The translations under genes and the position numbers were made by a program. A stretch of 64,000 nt of DNA from Octopus bimaculoides (taxonomy: Eukaryota): positions 63,305,985 to 63,369,984 of the forward strand of contig NC_068983.1 in assembly GCF_001194135.2 (NCBI RefSeq), given 5' to 3'. The notes under the pieces are model-generated. The model was not told where the DNA came from, did not search any database, and saw nothing but the letters and a program-made list of their open reading frames with translations. Each line of letters starts with the position of its first letter. Position 1 is the stretch's first letter. This document shows, piece after piece, positions 1 through 12,800 of the stretch.

Positions 1-379
1 AGGTTCAGTTTCCATACCTAAAGAGATTGGATGGTTTGTCATAGTTCAAGTCAGTTCTTATAAGTTACACAGGTTTATTGTTGGGAGAAGACAGTAGGAA
101 GAAACTAGCAGAGGTAAAATTAGGGGAGAGATGGGGGAAAATAATGTTAGTGGTTAGTAAAAGGGTGTCAGAGAGTGGTAAGGATGGTCGGGGGGGGGGT
201 GAGTAAGAGATCAGTGCTATTCAGCATTATACACTAATGGGCAGAGTGGTTCATGAAGGAGAGATAAAATGATGGGGATTAAAAGCCAACATCTATCCTG
301 ATTGTAATATATCCAAGACAGTATGATGTCAGATGAATCTGGGAGCCTTATTATTCAGGACAGAAGGTGGGATAGCAAG

Positions 380-1330
380 ATATGGATGGTGGAAGAAAAT
401 ATTCAATATGCATAGATCAAATGCTTTCCTCTCATTAACAGATGGCATGGTATGGTGAGTAGAAGAGATGATGTGGAACAGGGAGGATGTAAAATAGGTA
501 TTAGTGATGGGAGAAGAGATGATGAGATGTGAGGGTTTATAAGCAAGAGTGTATACAGAGGCTGCATTTTCTGCAGTACTGCATATAACCAGTCAGCACA
601 GTCTTCTATCATATACCTCATCAGATGTAGTATCTTGAAATCATTTTCCACCATCTCTTCCCAAGTCATCCTTGTCTCTCTCATCCACAGATCCCATACA
701 GTTTCAGTACTCTGCACTAGTTTATGTACTTGTTATCTTCTATCCATCTTCTCTCATGTTCCCATACTATTGCAGTCTCCTCTCGTGCATTTTGTGTCTA
801 TTTCTTATACTCGGTTTGTCTCTTACTTCAATTACAATTTGCTCATTCACATGAATATGATACATCCAATAAAGCATGCTCCCTTCACTTCTTTCTAGAG
901 GTTGCAGATCCTCTCTATTCAAGGTTTGCATCTCACTGACATGCAGCAATACACTTTGCACACATGCATTATACAATCTGACTTTGAGGGAGAAGCCTTT
1001 GTTGCCAGAAAAGGTATTAGCTTTCTGAACTTTCTCCAGTCTTTTCTATTCTGGCTAATGATCTAATTAGTAGTAGGGAGCAGTGGTTTCAGAACTACTT
1101 CTATAGAGTCATCAGATTTGAGAGAAACTATTTCCTGATTACTCCCAGTGTTTATTATCTGAATGCACCCACTACATGGTAATTAAGGGCTTCTCTCTTA
1201 GAGTAAATAGCAGCTTGTATAAGGTGTGTGTATGAAATGCAGTACTGCATGATAGTGTGATGTGGTCCTTGAATGTATTGCAGAAACTGAAAAGAATTAA
1301 AGCAAGCATGCTTCACAAGATGTAAGTGTT
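380..1330 (-). mobile_element. RTE-clade non-LTR retrotransposon remnant (RT C-terminus and 3' end), multiply disrupted
   Basis: Minus-strand translations give RLYNACVQSVLLHVSE...LERSEGSML and RMTWEEMVENDFKILHL...WLYAVLQK. These match the same motifs in other RTE copies here (17055-17997, 29630-30300). Confidence 0.75.
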
Positions 1331-2252
1331 AGTATGAAAAATGACAGATTATTTATGAGCTGAGAGTAAAACTGGATATGAGAAATCAGATACAATGTGC
1401 ATGAGAAAAGATTGTGCTACAATGAGATGTAATGCAAATTAAGGATGACAGCTAAATAAAAAAAACTCATGCACATTTAATGTGAATGAAACCTGTGGAT
1501 GTTGTATTTCATGCAGATGTCAAAGGACTGAGTTGAGTGGTAATTTATGATGTTGGCGAAGATATGACCATAAAAGATCCAGCCAGCAGTGCAAATATGG
1601 TGATTGTAAGTCACGAAAAATGGTGACAGTGTATGTTTGGAACTGTGGGTACATATTTATGTGCATTGCATGTATGTGCATGTATATGTACCACCAAAAC
1701 TGTCTCCTTCACACCTATACATCTTCTTATATCGCTACCACTTTCTTTCCTGCCACCTGCTACTCTAACACTCAGCCTTCAATGTTGTTCATTGGGATGG
1801 TACTCACTTCCTATTCATCTAACATCTTCATTACTCAACCACTCATTTCTCATTTCAAGGTCTATATATAAGGGACAAAATAGGAACTATTATAACTCAA
1901 AGAGGTGACAGGAGAAAAAGAGAGCTAAAAAGAAACAGATGGTGACAGAAGTGGGGATTTAGTATGCATTGACCCAGTGTTTCATTCATTCCACAAGTGG
2001 CAAGGTACAAATGAATAGAGGAATGATAGCAGAAGGATAATGAGATATCAAATAAGCAAGAAGAAGAAGTAGAGATTTAGCAGGTAAACAACAGGTGATG
2101 TAGATACGTATATATTCCAGCTTCCATTACTGCTCCAAGGTGGCTGGGTTTTCTTCAGTATCACGTATCAGCAATAAAAATGGTCCTTTAAGTGTATCTG
2201 TTCCTCTTTGTGAGAGTTGACCATTTTGTGAATAATTGTGCATATGCATGTA

Positions 2253-3158
2253 CAGGGTATTTGGGATGAATTTGACAATTTCTTTTGGAACCTTTTCACA
2301 ATAACAGCTTGATGTATTGATGAATAGTCAATGGCATTGGGGTACAAAAAGATTAAAGTTGTAGTTGAGAAAAAGTTAATTGACATGGAGGACTGGAAAC
2401 CATCTGAATATTGGGAAAGAGTTACCTGTATCATGATGATTTGCACCGAGTATCAAAATGCCAACATCATAACTGCTGCTCAATATTCTGTGAACACTGT
2501 AAAAACTGTATGACATGATGTGGAGATCTGCAACAGAAACTACAAAGCAATGACCAACAGAAACGGACACAGCAGGCATTCTGACTGCATCTGAATTCTG
2601 GAATTCATCCCAACATCTTTGAACAGGACCTTAGGTTCAATTCAGATGGTCATGTGAAGAAGCCAGAAACTGTGGTCAGTCTCTGGCTGGAAAGTGTTGC
2701 TACTGGAAGGCCATATGTGTGGCAGTAGGGTTTGAACCCTTTCCATACTTTCGGAAAATGTCAGAAGTGGTTGTTGGAGAATTTCTATGACTTTACCAGC
2801 CCTGATTTTTGGCTTCCTAATTCCCCTACTTGTAATCCCATGGATAACTATGTGTTGGGCATAGTTGACAAAAACACCAACCACTCTTCCTGCAACACCA
2901 AGTCTGAGCTGGTGGCCAAGATCAAGGAGGTATTCAATGACCTTCCTAGGGACACAATGAAGAACACATGCACCAAGTTTTGGAGCCATCTTCAGGTTGT
3001 GGTGGAAGCTGAGGGCAGCTAATTTGAGTAAACTGTAATCACCCAGCCATAATCTAGTCGATATATTTTGATCTTTTGAAATACTTTTATTTTTAGATGG
3101 AATATTGGTGTCTTCTTTCCCTTTTATGCAAACTATCAAATTTATCCTGAATACCCTG
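2253..3158 (+). mobile_element. Tc1/mariner-superfamily DNA transposon (DD37D/maT-like), internally deleted, both TIRs present
   Basis: Left end TA-CAGGGTATTTGGGATGAATTTGACA (2251-2278). The right end reverse-complements to TA-CAGGGTATTCAGGATAAATTTGATA (ending 3160). Internal frame reads WLPNSPTCNPMDNYVLG...KFWSHLQVVVEAEG, with 37 residues between the degenerate second catalytic position and the NPMD aspartate. Confidence 0.85.
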
Positions 3159-4424
3159 TATACATACATATGACCAAGCAACAAAAACTGCTTTCCAGTA
3201 CTGAATGGTCGATTCCACAGATACACAATAGTTCAATGGAAACAACTTCTCAAGTGTTCATAAGAATAACACTAAGTACATTTTTATCTTTGGAAAAGAT
3301 CTTGTTCCCTTGAATGTGTGTATGTGAAACTTTGAAGCACAATCCAGATACTCTGTTCAATTATAATTGTAGCTTTATTTACAACAACATCAAAAAATAC
3401 CTTTGGAATGAAAACTCAGGTTCAAAATTATCCCAAGACACCTGATGCAGGCTGGAGGGTATATCAGCCGAAACATTGGGTTAACAACAAACAAGATGCG
3501 GACAAATATCTGTCAAATGTAAATAATGTAAATAATGTACATAATTCCTCATCTCTTAAATATAGAACTGTAATTGTAACTTTACAACTATTATTGAACA
3601 AACTATGTGTAAGTTACATAGGCTCAACTGTTGGAATGTGTGTCTGCTAGAGGGTGAAAGCAATAAAGACTACAATTATTTCTATAATTTTGACAAAAAA
3701 GATAGAAATATGATGAGAGTATAAGAATAGTGATCAATTAATAACAGCTCTAAAATGTTTACAAAAGAATTTTAAGGTTTTATAACATTTAATTTGAGAA
3801 AGAAAATGTTCTGACTTCAGATTACATCAATAATTTTGCATATAACATTCTATACTGTTTAACTGCTGAATGATGAATGAAAGTATTCAAAACAGAATAA
3901 GTAATTCCATATTTATCAAAGTGGAGAAAATCTAAAACTGCTAAATAACAAAACAGTTATAGCAGAAGTAGCTTATCATCTTAGTTAATGTTTACAAGCA
4001 TCTCATTTATAACATTTTGCAACTTGTAATTACAGACGAATGCATCCACTGAATAATGCAGCAGACAGGTAATAATTGCCTACTATATTCATTCTCATAA
4101 GTAATTTGTGAGATTGGTTAAAGTTATTTTAATGACTCAATTTTGAAATAATTTTGAATTACTAGTTCTAACAAATTATAATGGTATAATAAATGCCCAA
4201 TGGTAATAGAATGGAGCGTATATTACATTATGAATAAATATACAGCAATGGAAGTGATAAGATACGCTGTTAGTCTAGATTATGTTTAAAGAATCCATAT
4301 AGACTTTTGATTACCATCATAATACAATCATATTTTTTTAAACATTAATTTGTAACTATTCAAACTGGCTGAGGAAGCTTAAAAGAGGAACATGGTTATC
4401 TGATTATGCTGAGCTACCAGTATG

Positions 4425-4459
<35 letters not shown>

Positions 4460-4460
<1 letters not shown>

Positions 4461-4932
4461 TATGGGTGTTGTTGGTGTCACATAACTGGCACCTGCACCA
4501 GCGGCAAGGAGAAAACACCTTTTGAGCATTGGGCCCCAAGGGCTGCTGTCACGTTTGCTCTGAGTCTGCCTGTCGGCCGAGTCTATCATGGAGATTGCTC
4601 CGCCACCTTCCTCAACTGGGAAGGCACGGTAGTCTTCGTCGCACTGGTGGCCATGGTGAAAGAATGTGTGTGGTGGACTCGAGCGAAAGGATTAGAGATA
4701 AACACTTGCCTCTCTGGCCAATCGCTCATCAACTTTTTCAAGTACCACTTGAAAAGGAAGGTGAGAATGTAGAGGTAGGTTTTGTTTTGTTATGGTGCAT
4801 GCGAGTGATGAAACTTTGAGAATGATCCTGTAAATCGAAAAAAACAAGAGAGAGAGAGCACTTTGTTCCCATGTGTTTATTCCCTCCCTGCCTGATGTTA
4901 CCGTGGTCTTTTCCGTAGGCTTTTCTTTCCAC
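4460..4932 (+). mobile_element. Probable L1/Tx1-like LINE 3' fragment (ORF2 C-terminus and 3' UTR), running into an assembly gap
   Basis: GC-richer open frame ...VALVAMVKECVWWTRAKG...SGQSLINFFKYHLKRKVR resembles the C-terminal end of L1/Tx1 ORF2. No catalytic motif is visible, so the clade call is by recall only. Confidence 0.4.
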
Positions 4933-5842
4933 NNNNNNNNNNNNNNNNNNNNNNNNNNNNNNNNNNNNNNNNNNNNNNNNNNNNNNNNNNNNNNNNNNNN
5001 NNNNNNNNNNNNNNNNNNNNNNNNNNNNNNNNNNNNNNNNNNNNNNNNNNNNNNNNNNNNNNNNNNNNNNNNNNNNNNNNNNNNNNNNNNNNNNNNNNNN
5101 NNNNNNNNNNNNNNNNNNNNNNNNNNNNNNNNNNNNNNNNNNNNNNNNNNNNNNNNNNNNNNNNNNNNNNNNNNNNNNNNNNNNNNNNNNNNNNNNNNNN
5201 NNNNNNNNNNNNNNNNNNNNNNNNNNNNNNNNNNNNNNNNNNNNNNNNNNNNNNNNNNNNNNNNNNNNNNNNNNNNNNNNNNNNNNNNNNNNNNNNNNNN
5301 NNNNNNNNNNNNNNNNNNNNNNNNNNNNNNNNNNNNNNNNNNNNNNNNNNNNNNNNNNNNNNNNNNNNNNNNNNNNNNNNNNNNNNNNNNNNNNNNNNNN
5401 NNNNNNNNNNNNNNNNNNNNNNNNNNNNNNNNNNNNNNNNNNNNNNNNNNNNNNNNNNNNNNNNNNNNNNNNNNNNNNNNNNNNNNNNNNNNNNNNNNNN
5501 NNNNNNNNNNNNNNNNNNNNNNNNNNNNNNNNNNNNNNNNNNNNNNNNNNNNNNNNNNNNNNNNNNNNNNNNNNNNNNNNNNNNNNNNNNNNNNNNNNNN
5601 NNNNNNNNNNNNNNNNNNNNNNNNNNNNNNNNNNNNNNNNNNNNNNNNNNNNNNNNNNNNNNNNNNNNNNNNNNNNNNNNNNNNNNNNNNNNNNNNNNNN
5701 NNNNNNNNNNNNNNNNNNNNNNNNNNNNNNNNNNNNNNNNNNNNNNNNNNNNNNNNNNNNNNNNNNNNNNNNNNNNNNNNNNNNNNNNNNNNNNNNNNNN
5801 NNNNNNNNNNNNNNNNNNNNNNNNNNNNNNNNNNNNNNNNNN
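4933..5842. other. Assembly gap (N run)
   Basis: Run of N. ORFs in the track that span it are artefacts. Confidence 1.
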
Positions 5843-5890
<48 letters not shown>

Positions 5891-5892
5891 CT

Positions 5893-6110
5893 TCATCATC
5901 ATTGTCATTGTCATTGTCATCATCATCATTTAACATGTTTTCCATGCTGGTATGGATTGGGCAGTTTGACAGGAGCTGGCAAGGCTAGGAGCTGCACTAG
6001 GTTCCATTGTCTGTTTCGGCATGGTTTCTACAGTGGGATACCCTTCCTAATGCCAACCACTTTATAGAGTGTACTGGACGCCTTTTACATCACACCAACA
6101 CTAGGGCTTT
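5893..6110 (-). mobile_element. RTE-related short element/3' tail ((GAT)n-tailed repeat)
   Basis: (CAT)n then TTTAACATGTTTTCCATGCTGG...CCCTTCCTAATGCCAACCAC, the reverse complement of the tail module seen more than 10 times in this window. Confidence 0.75.
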
Positions 6111-6399
6111 TTATGTGGAAACAGTGCAAACGCTTCTTAGGTGACACCAACACCAACAAAAAGCAAAACACCCTTAACTGGGAGTGTGCTTCTTGTGCTC
6201 TCAAGTGATAGAAAAGCAGTGGGTGTTAGGGGATCAAATGTGAAAAGAAAGGATGATGGGGCAGAGAGGATGGGGGTAGGGCTGAGCCACTCACAGACAA
6301 GTATTACTACCCCTTACCCCTACTTTTTCACCCCAAAACCATCTCTTCCATTTCATGGTTCAGTCAACCTGACTGTTCCATTACCACATCACCCTTAGT

Positions 6400-6945
6400 C
6401 TAGCAGAAGCTTTGCTTCAACCACAGATTTAATCTGTCACTCTTAGTAGATTGTCCTCTAAGAATTTCCAGTTGTCTTCATTTCATATGTGTTTGTCTCT
6501 TCCTTCTTCTCATTAGATGCTTCATTAAGAACGTCACTAAATCTCAGCCTATTTGAAAGATCCTTCAGCTTCCATAACCTTCTTTTCCATATCAGTTTGT
6601 GTCTCTGGTTCATTCTAGACCCAAGTCTGAAGTCGCTAACCACAAATCTATGTTGAGTTGTACATTTTCACCTGGGAAGTATTTTGCATTCACAAGCATC
6701 CATCTGTCCCTGTTTACAGTGAGAATCTAGTCAATCTACCCACCAGATTCATGAGTAATTATATGATTGGCAGGGTTCCTGAAATTGGTATTGCAAACCA
6801 ATGAGTCATTTGCTTCACAAAACTCCAGCAGCCTTGTTCCCTCCTCATTTCTAGAACCAAGCTGTAACCTCCATTCATGCCATGAAATCCATTGGAGCAC
6901 TTTCCAGCATGACCACTCAAGTTCCCAACACTGCAAAATCAATGA
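6400..6945 (-). mobile_element. RTE-clade LINE fragment, AP-endonuclease C-terminal part
   Basis: Translation GSRNEEGTRLLEFCEANDSLVCNTNFRNPANHIITHESGG...VSDFRL...RRLWKLKD is typical of the APE domain end in RTE elements. Confidence 0.85.
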
Positions 6946-7041
6946 AGCTGAAAAAAAAAGTAAAATATTACAAATAATTTTGAAAGATTGTATTTATATC
7001 CATATTTATCCCATGATGAGACTTTGTAATACATGCACGCG

Positions 7042-7080
<39 letters not shown>

Positions 7081-7733
7081 GACAATTGTGTCCATGAGCA
7101 ATACGGTCTCTTAAGGCCAATAAAAGGCTTGAATTTTAGTTGTATCTTGTGCATGTATGACAAATCTTTTAGGCAAGCTAGTTTTCTATCAACCGTAACT
7201 CTTCCAGAGGATGAACAGCAAATTCTAAGAGCTTTATGAATTAACGTATATTGCAAAGTGACACTACAAAATGCCTGCAGCAGACATGAATTCATGATTC
7301 ATGAGCTGATTACACAATAACTTATTCAGTCAAATATTTTTTGATCTGTGTCTAGAGGAAAAAGATTAACAAAGGAAACTTTCTAAACCTAACAAATATA
7401 TTATGAATTCCAGAATATATCCCTTCAGCAATTATTTTCACATTCAGAAAACCGAATAGAAGTAAATTCTACCAAATAATTAAAAAATAAACAAAATATC
7501 TGAGGTGCAAAATCAAAAATTTTGAAAAATTGTTTCCTTCATCAATGAATTTCAACACAAAACTTAGACCATAAGCATCAGCATGGCTGGGTGGCTTAAG
7601 TTTTCTTTGTATGTAATAACATGCACCTAGGTTCAATACCAAAGCATGACACCTTAGATATTGTCAACTATAACCTTGGGTTCACCAATATAAGGCAAAT
7701 CAAATTTGGTAAATAGAAACTATACAGAAATAT

Positions 7734-7781
<48 letters not shown>

Positions 7782-7980
7782 CAAAAAGTTAAATTCTGGA
7801 CATAGATTTACCAAAGGTTTCATATCCATGAAAGCCACAATTCTGTGGACAGCTTTGAATTCCCATATATATATGTAACTCTATGACCAGAATTTAACCT
7901 TTTGTTTTCATAATTACTGCTCTATTAAAGTGTGCTTCTTTTCTGATATATGTTTTATTTACTATATATATGTATAGATA

Positions 7981-8343
7981 TATAACTAATTTAGAGACAA
8001 ACCACTACTCCATAACTCAGTCAATGAAGAACCCATCCAAAACCATGTTATGAGATATCTACCATACAAAATGCTAATCTAAAATTTTAATAATATATAA
8101 TAATGAACAGTGAGATTATTACAATCGTATAATATATAAGAGCAAATACTTTAAAAATCACAGCGATTTTAAATGTATTTGCTCTTATATATTATATGAT
8201 TGTAATAATCTTACTGTTCATTATTATATATTATTAAAATTTTAGATTAGCATTTTGTATGGCATATATCTCATAACATGGTTTTGGATGGGTTCTTCAT
8301 TGACTGAGTTGTGGAGTGGTGGTTTGTCTCTAAATTAGTTATA
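7981..8343. repeat. Long near-perfect inverted repeat (hairpin), ~179-bp arms, ~5-nt loop
   Basis: TAACTAATTTAGAGACAAACCAC...GAGCAAATACTTTAAAAATC pairs with GATTTTAAATGTATTTGCTC...GGTTTGTCTCTAAATTAGTTA. Loop is near 8160-8164. Confidence 0.95.
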
Positions 8344-8399
8344 TACATATATTATATATTACGAAATTCGGTCTAATATTTTATACTGAATTTTACCTG

Positions 8400-9670
8400 T
8401 AAGGTTGGAATAATGATTGGTACTGTTTACAGTTCTTCATTATAACCTTGTCTATCACAAGGTGCTCTTAGATCCTTTTTGTGATATGTGATCAGTGTAG
8501 CACTGCACCCTTAATGTTTTTGCCCACACACGTTGTTTTAGGGTTTCAACGCCAGTTTTGAACCCTTTCTTTTCTATTTGGTACTTCGTGTCATGATATA
8601 CCCTTGTACTTTGTTTTCATTTTTCCATTGCCCTTTGGACCACTCTTCTATGCAGCTCAGATCTTTACTCAAAGTTAGAACATCACCTTCAATTCTCCGA
8701 TTCCACCATGGCTCCTTCTGTCCCTCTACTTTCCTCTCTTTCTCTCCAACCAGTTCACCTACTAAAATTGAAGTGGATCTGATCAATTCCTTGATTTCTG
8801 TTAGATCTTTTGTCAGAATGTATTTCAGAATCTCATCAACTTTTTGGGTCATGTGTTTCACATTGCTATGGTTGAAGCTTCTTAAATTCACTGACTAGGT
8901 CTCTATTCTTGTAATTATCATATCTTTGAGTCTTATCCTGAGGTTTCTCTGTTCCTCAGTCATATTCTCTTGTAATTCAGAGTTTTCTACATTATATTGA
9001 TTGGCCAGTCTCTCCTCCACTGCAACTTCACCTTGGCTATGCATTCACTGATCTTCACCTACATTATTCTCCTCGAGATTATCACCACTACAGAGGCTTT
9101 TCCTGATTGTCTGTATCTGGACCTCATTAAGAAAGCCTCTATTCCGAATTATTCTTACTTGATGCATGAGTCCATTTTCAGTAATCTGGATTATACCCAG
9201 CTGGTTCCAAAATTTTAATGCTCTTTTTCTAACAGCTTTATATTTGCCATTGTTCTTGTCTAGCAAGGCTTGTTCATGGCACTGGATTGCCTTTTGGTTC
9301 ATATCAACAGACCACTTGCATTTGTGAGCAAGTTGCAAATTTTGACCAGTACAAGGACTGTGTCTCATAGTATGGCTAGCAGTTGTTTGATTATGACCAG
9401 GCCCTCTCTGCTGCACAGTGGGGCATCTACCAGGTGCGGCACCTTCACCATTGGTTCCAGTCCCATTCACACCATTATCGTCATTTATTTTGCTTGGTAT
9501 TTTCACTCACTAATGAGGTGTGTTTTTAGGTTACTACCAACCAGTATTTTTATCAAGACACCATCTCTATCAAGGTAGTCCACCAAGGCACCAGGGTCCT
9601 TGCTCACCTAGTTTTGGACTCATAATGTTCCTTCTCCTAGGTTACTTACTACCCGAGATTAACAAGTGCC
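8400..9670 (-). mobile_element. R4/Dong-like RLE non-LTR retrotransposon, 5' part of ORF, degraded
   Basis: Translations KWSVDMNQKAIQCH...YKAVRKRALKFWNQLG...QVRIIRNRGFL and EPWWNRRIEGDVLTLSKDLS...LKQRV resemble the R4/Dong N-terminal region. The 5' end abuts a (TAA)n tract. Confidence 0.65.
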
Positions 9671-9676
9671 TATCAC

Positions 9677-9716
<40 letters not shown>

Positions 9717-9742
9717 GTTATGATTATTATTATTATTATTAT

Positions 9743-9798
<56 letters not shown>
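9677..9798. repeat. Compound microsatellite (TTA)n(GTA)n
   Basis: Directly visible. Confidence 0.98.
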
Positions 9799-10099
9799 TT
9801 CTGCTGTTCTTCATCCATTTCAGTACTGCCAATCATTACCTTGTCTCCTTTACCTTCCATGCAATCACTCACTCCAACCCTGTGCACCATTCACATCCAC
9901 CTCATTAACCCTACCCAATCTCTAGTTATAACCTACTCTCTCTCTACCTTTCCTCCAACGCATATTTATCACTGACTATTCCGCAACGTTTGTTTTTACA
10001 TTACTTTTCCCCCATCTCCACCCTAACACATCTCTAATCATCCTTGACTCTCCAAACTCTTGCAGCCTCTATCCACCTACATACAAAGGAAAAGACAGT

Positions 10100-10508
10100 T
10101 ATCTTTTACTTGTTTCAATCATTGGACTGCAGCCATGCTGGGGCACTTTTACTTTCAAAGGTTTAGTCAAGCAAATCAACCCCAGTGCTTATTTTTTTAA
10201 TGTTTGGTGCATATTCTAACAGTCTGCTTTCCAAAACCACTAAATTATGATGGTGCAACCAAACCAACACTAGCTGTCAAACAGTGAGTTATAGTGGACA
10301 TATACAAACACACATGCACGTACACACACACACACACACACACAGAGTATGGCTTTCACTCTGTTTCCATCTACCAAATTCACTCACACGTTGTTGATCG
10401 ACCAGAGGTTATAGTAGAAGACACCTGTTCAAGGTGCTACACAGTGGACTTAATTCAGTATCATTTGGTTGCAAAGTGAGTTTCTTATCCACATAGCCGT
10501 GTCTGCAC
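10100..10508 (-). mobile_element. Degenerate tRNA-derived SINE copy
   Basis: Reverse complement of the SINE at 18504-18900: CTTTTACTTGTTTCAATCATTGGACTGCAGCCATGCTGG ... (CA)n ... GTAGAAGACACCTGTTCAAGGTG. Confidence 0.75.
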
Positions 10509-11183
10509 TCCTCAAACACTGAAGGCTAAAAACCAACCTTTTTGAATTTTCATTCACCTTCCCATCCCTTCCAGCAAGAATATATAGAAGACATGAAAAT
10601 AGAAGGTTTCAGCTGCATTACTCTTTATGACCAGGTTCCCAGCTTCACATTATATACATGCTCAGTATATTATTGTCATGAACCTAGCATTTCAGTAAAT
10701 ATCAAAGCATGACAATAGTTAACTAAAGTAATTATGATAAATAAAACTACAAAAGCAGCAATGCCAACCTCAACAACAACAGAACTAAATATATCCATTG
10801 GTGAGACAATGGCTGAACATTATTATTTGAGTTCAATGACTGTATTTTCCCTGAATTATTTGAAATTGATAACTATTACAAGAGACAAATCAACCTCAGA
10901 AGAGAAGCAAATGCAATATAAAATAGGTTGGCTTTTGCAATCTAAGAGTATATATTCTTTTGTTCGTCTTTCTTTGAAGTAAATTTTTCTACATCAATTC
11001 ATATCTAAACCTACAGATATACCATACAAATTCAGATAAGATATTATGCACACATATTCTATCCACACTTCTTTTATTTAGATATGATAAAACTTCATTA
11101 TCTGAATGAATATGCAATATTTACATCTGTCACCACATAGTTACATCCTTCTGTATCTACACATACAGGAACATGTGTGAATA

Positions 11184-11185
<2 letters not shown>

Positions 11186-11265
<80 letters not shown>
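11186..11265. repeat. (TG)n microsatellite
   Basis: Directly visible, about 40 units. Confidence 0.98.
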
Positions 11266-11266
<1 letters not shown>

Positions 11267-12361
11267 TATATTATAATGGAGAATGCTGCTTATTAATTAG
11301 GTATGTAACAGTTACTAAAAGAAAGTAATTATAAAGACTTGACCGTCTGGAAATGTTTTTATAAATACATGTTCCAAGAAGTTTCCTGTAATTTCAATTA
11401 CTGAAGTTTATTGACTATTTGAACTACAAGTTTTTTACAAATTTAAATATTTGTTGTATTCACTGTGGAGTAGATTTTAATTTTTAATAAATAATATTAA
11501 TTCATTGCAAGTAAAATTTTCCATCTCTAAATCTCTCTTGCTTCTATTTTCATTGATGATAATTTAATATATATTCATTTCAATGTTTTCATTTCAAGTT
11601 TTAATCTGTTATTTGCAAAACCCACAGTTTGGGGCACAATTTCAAAATTAATTTCAGCTTCCAGAGTTTGTTAAATGAATATTTTGATAAAATGAAAATT
11701 TCTTAATATACTACTATAATTTTTTTTTAAATGTTAAGAAATGATTTTGTTGGTATAGCTGTTTGGAATGTTATAAGCTTTACAATAATAACTATGTGAT
11801 CGCTGCTATTTCTAGCATGCTAAATGTAGTTGGGTTGCCTTGAAGTTTGTTTAAATTAGAGACATATGACAACTACGATAAATTACTGAAAGAAATATTT
11901 ACTAAGCAAGTGAGATTTTTTATAAATTGACATTTTCAGGAAAATTTACTTTCTGAACTTCCTTTTATTATTGAATATTTCAAGTTCACAACTTTAAATA
12001 TTCAGTACAAGAGAGTTTTTATCAAGCTTCTATTTATATGATTTTTTTTCATTTTCTGTTTATTTCATTCATTATTTGCAATGTTCTCTCTCCTCTTTCT
12101 CTTTCTCTCTCACACAAACAAACACACTGTCTATCTAATATAAAGGCACACATTGTCTCTGTAATTTAAACACAAACACACTCATGGTTTGATTTCATTA
12201 TTACACAAATATCACATTAGTAGAAGTTTGCAATTCAACAAAATATTATTAGAATTGGGAATCAAATATGAAAATATTATCAAGTGGCTAGCAGAAAACC
12301 GCTCAGAGGGCAGTCTTTCTGCTAGTATATATAAATTGTATGTATGTACATTTATGTATAT

Positions 12362-12800
12362 ATAAGAAGTGTACCAAAAGTAATTCAGCTGTGTGCATGA
12401 CTTCTCTATTAATTCACATAACTTTTCATTCGCAGTAACCCTTCTTCCAGTTCTTTTTCATTGCAGTAAATACTAGGTTCCAAACAGCATGTGATTAGTG
12501 AGTTCTTAACAAAGGGAGGAGTCTCTGTTGTTCAACATCCACAGAGAGTTATAGGTTGTTTGTAGGGATGACATCATTGACAAGTGCAATGTGCACAGAT
12601 GGATGGAGTTTAAAGGGAAAACCAACATTGAAGACAAACCATGTAATGGGGATTTTCAACTGCTTCCACTGACACAAATCACTGGTGAGTGACTGGTATA
12701 CTTCACATGGATAGACATGTTACACCACATGAGCTTGATGCACAAAATGATTACGGAAGATGATAGACGGCTTTAGGTATTGGAAAGTATTAATTCAGGT
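12362..12800 (+). mobile_element. Mariner-type transposase N-terminal (HTH) remnant
   Basis: Frameshifted translation KQHVISEFLTKGGVS...IHREL.VVCRDDIIDKCNVHRW..FKGKTNIEDKPCNG matches the mariner N-terminal pattern. Confidence 0.65.

Noticed and set aside
3401-3509. Possible minus-strand exon (IFVRILFVVNPMFRL...) and similar candidates at 49238-49296 and ~42640-42760
   Set aside because: Ambiguous or weak splice sites, no recognisable homology, and no consistent phase link; not distinguishable from chance.
4692-5988. Long ORFs of 340-417 aa in the track (also those spanning 47457-48574 and 57767-58246)
   Set aside because: They are open only because they cross N gaps and (TA)n tracts.
7777-7912. 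Small inverted repeat (~34-bp arms) with GAAACCTTTGGTA on minus, resembling a hammerhead 3' half
   Set aside because: The inverted repeat is real, but no CUGANGA box or stem I partner is present, so no ribozyme is called.
9642-9908. Poly-T/N/I/S ORFs, and poly-D/E/M/H ORFs at 37862, 43051 and 56580-56925
   Set aside because: Translations of trinucleotide microsatellites.
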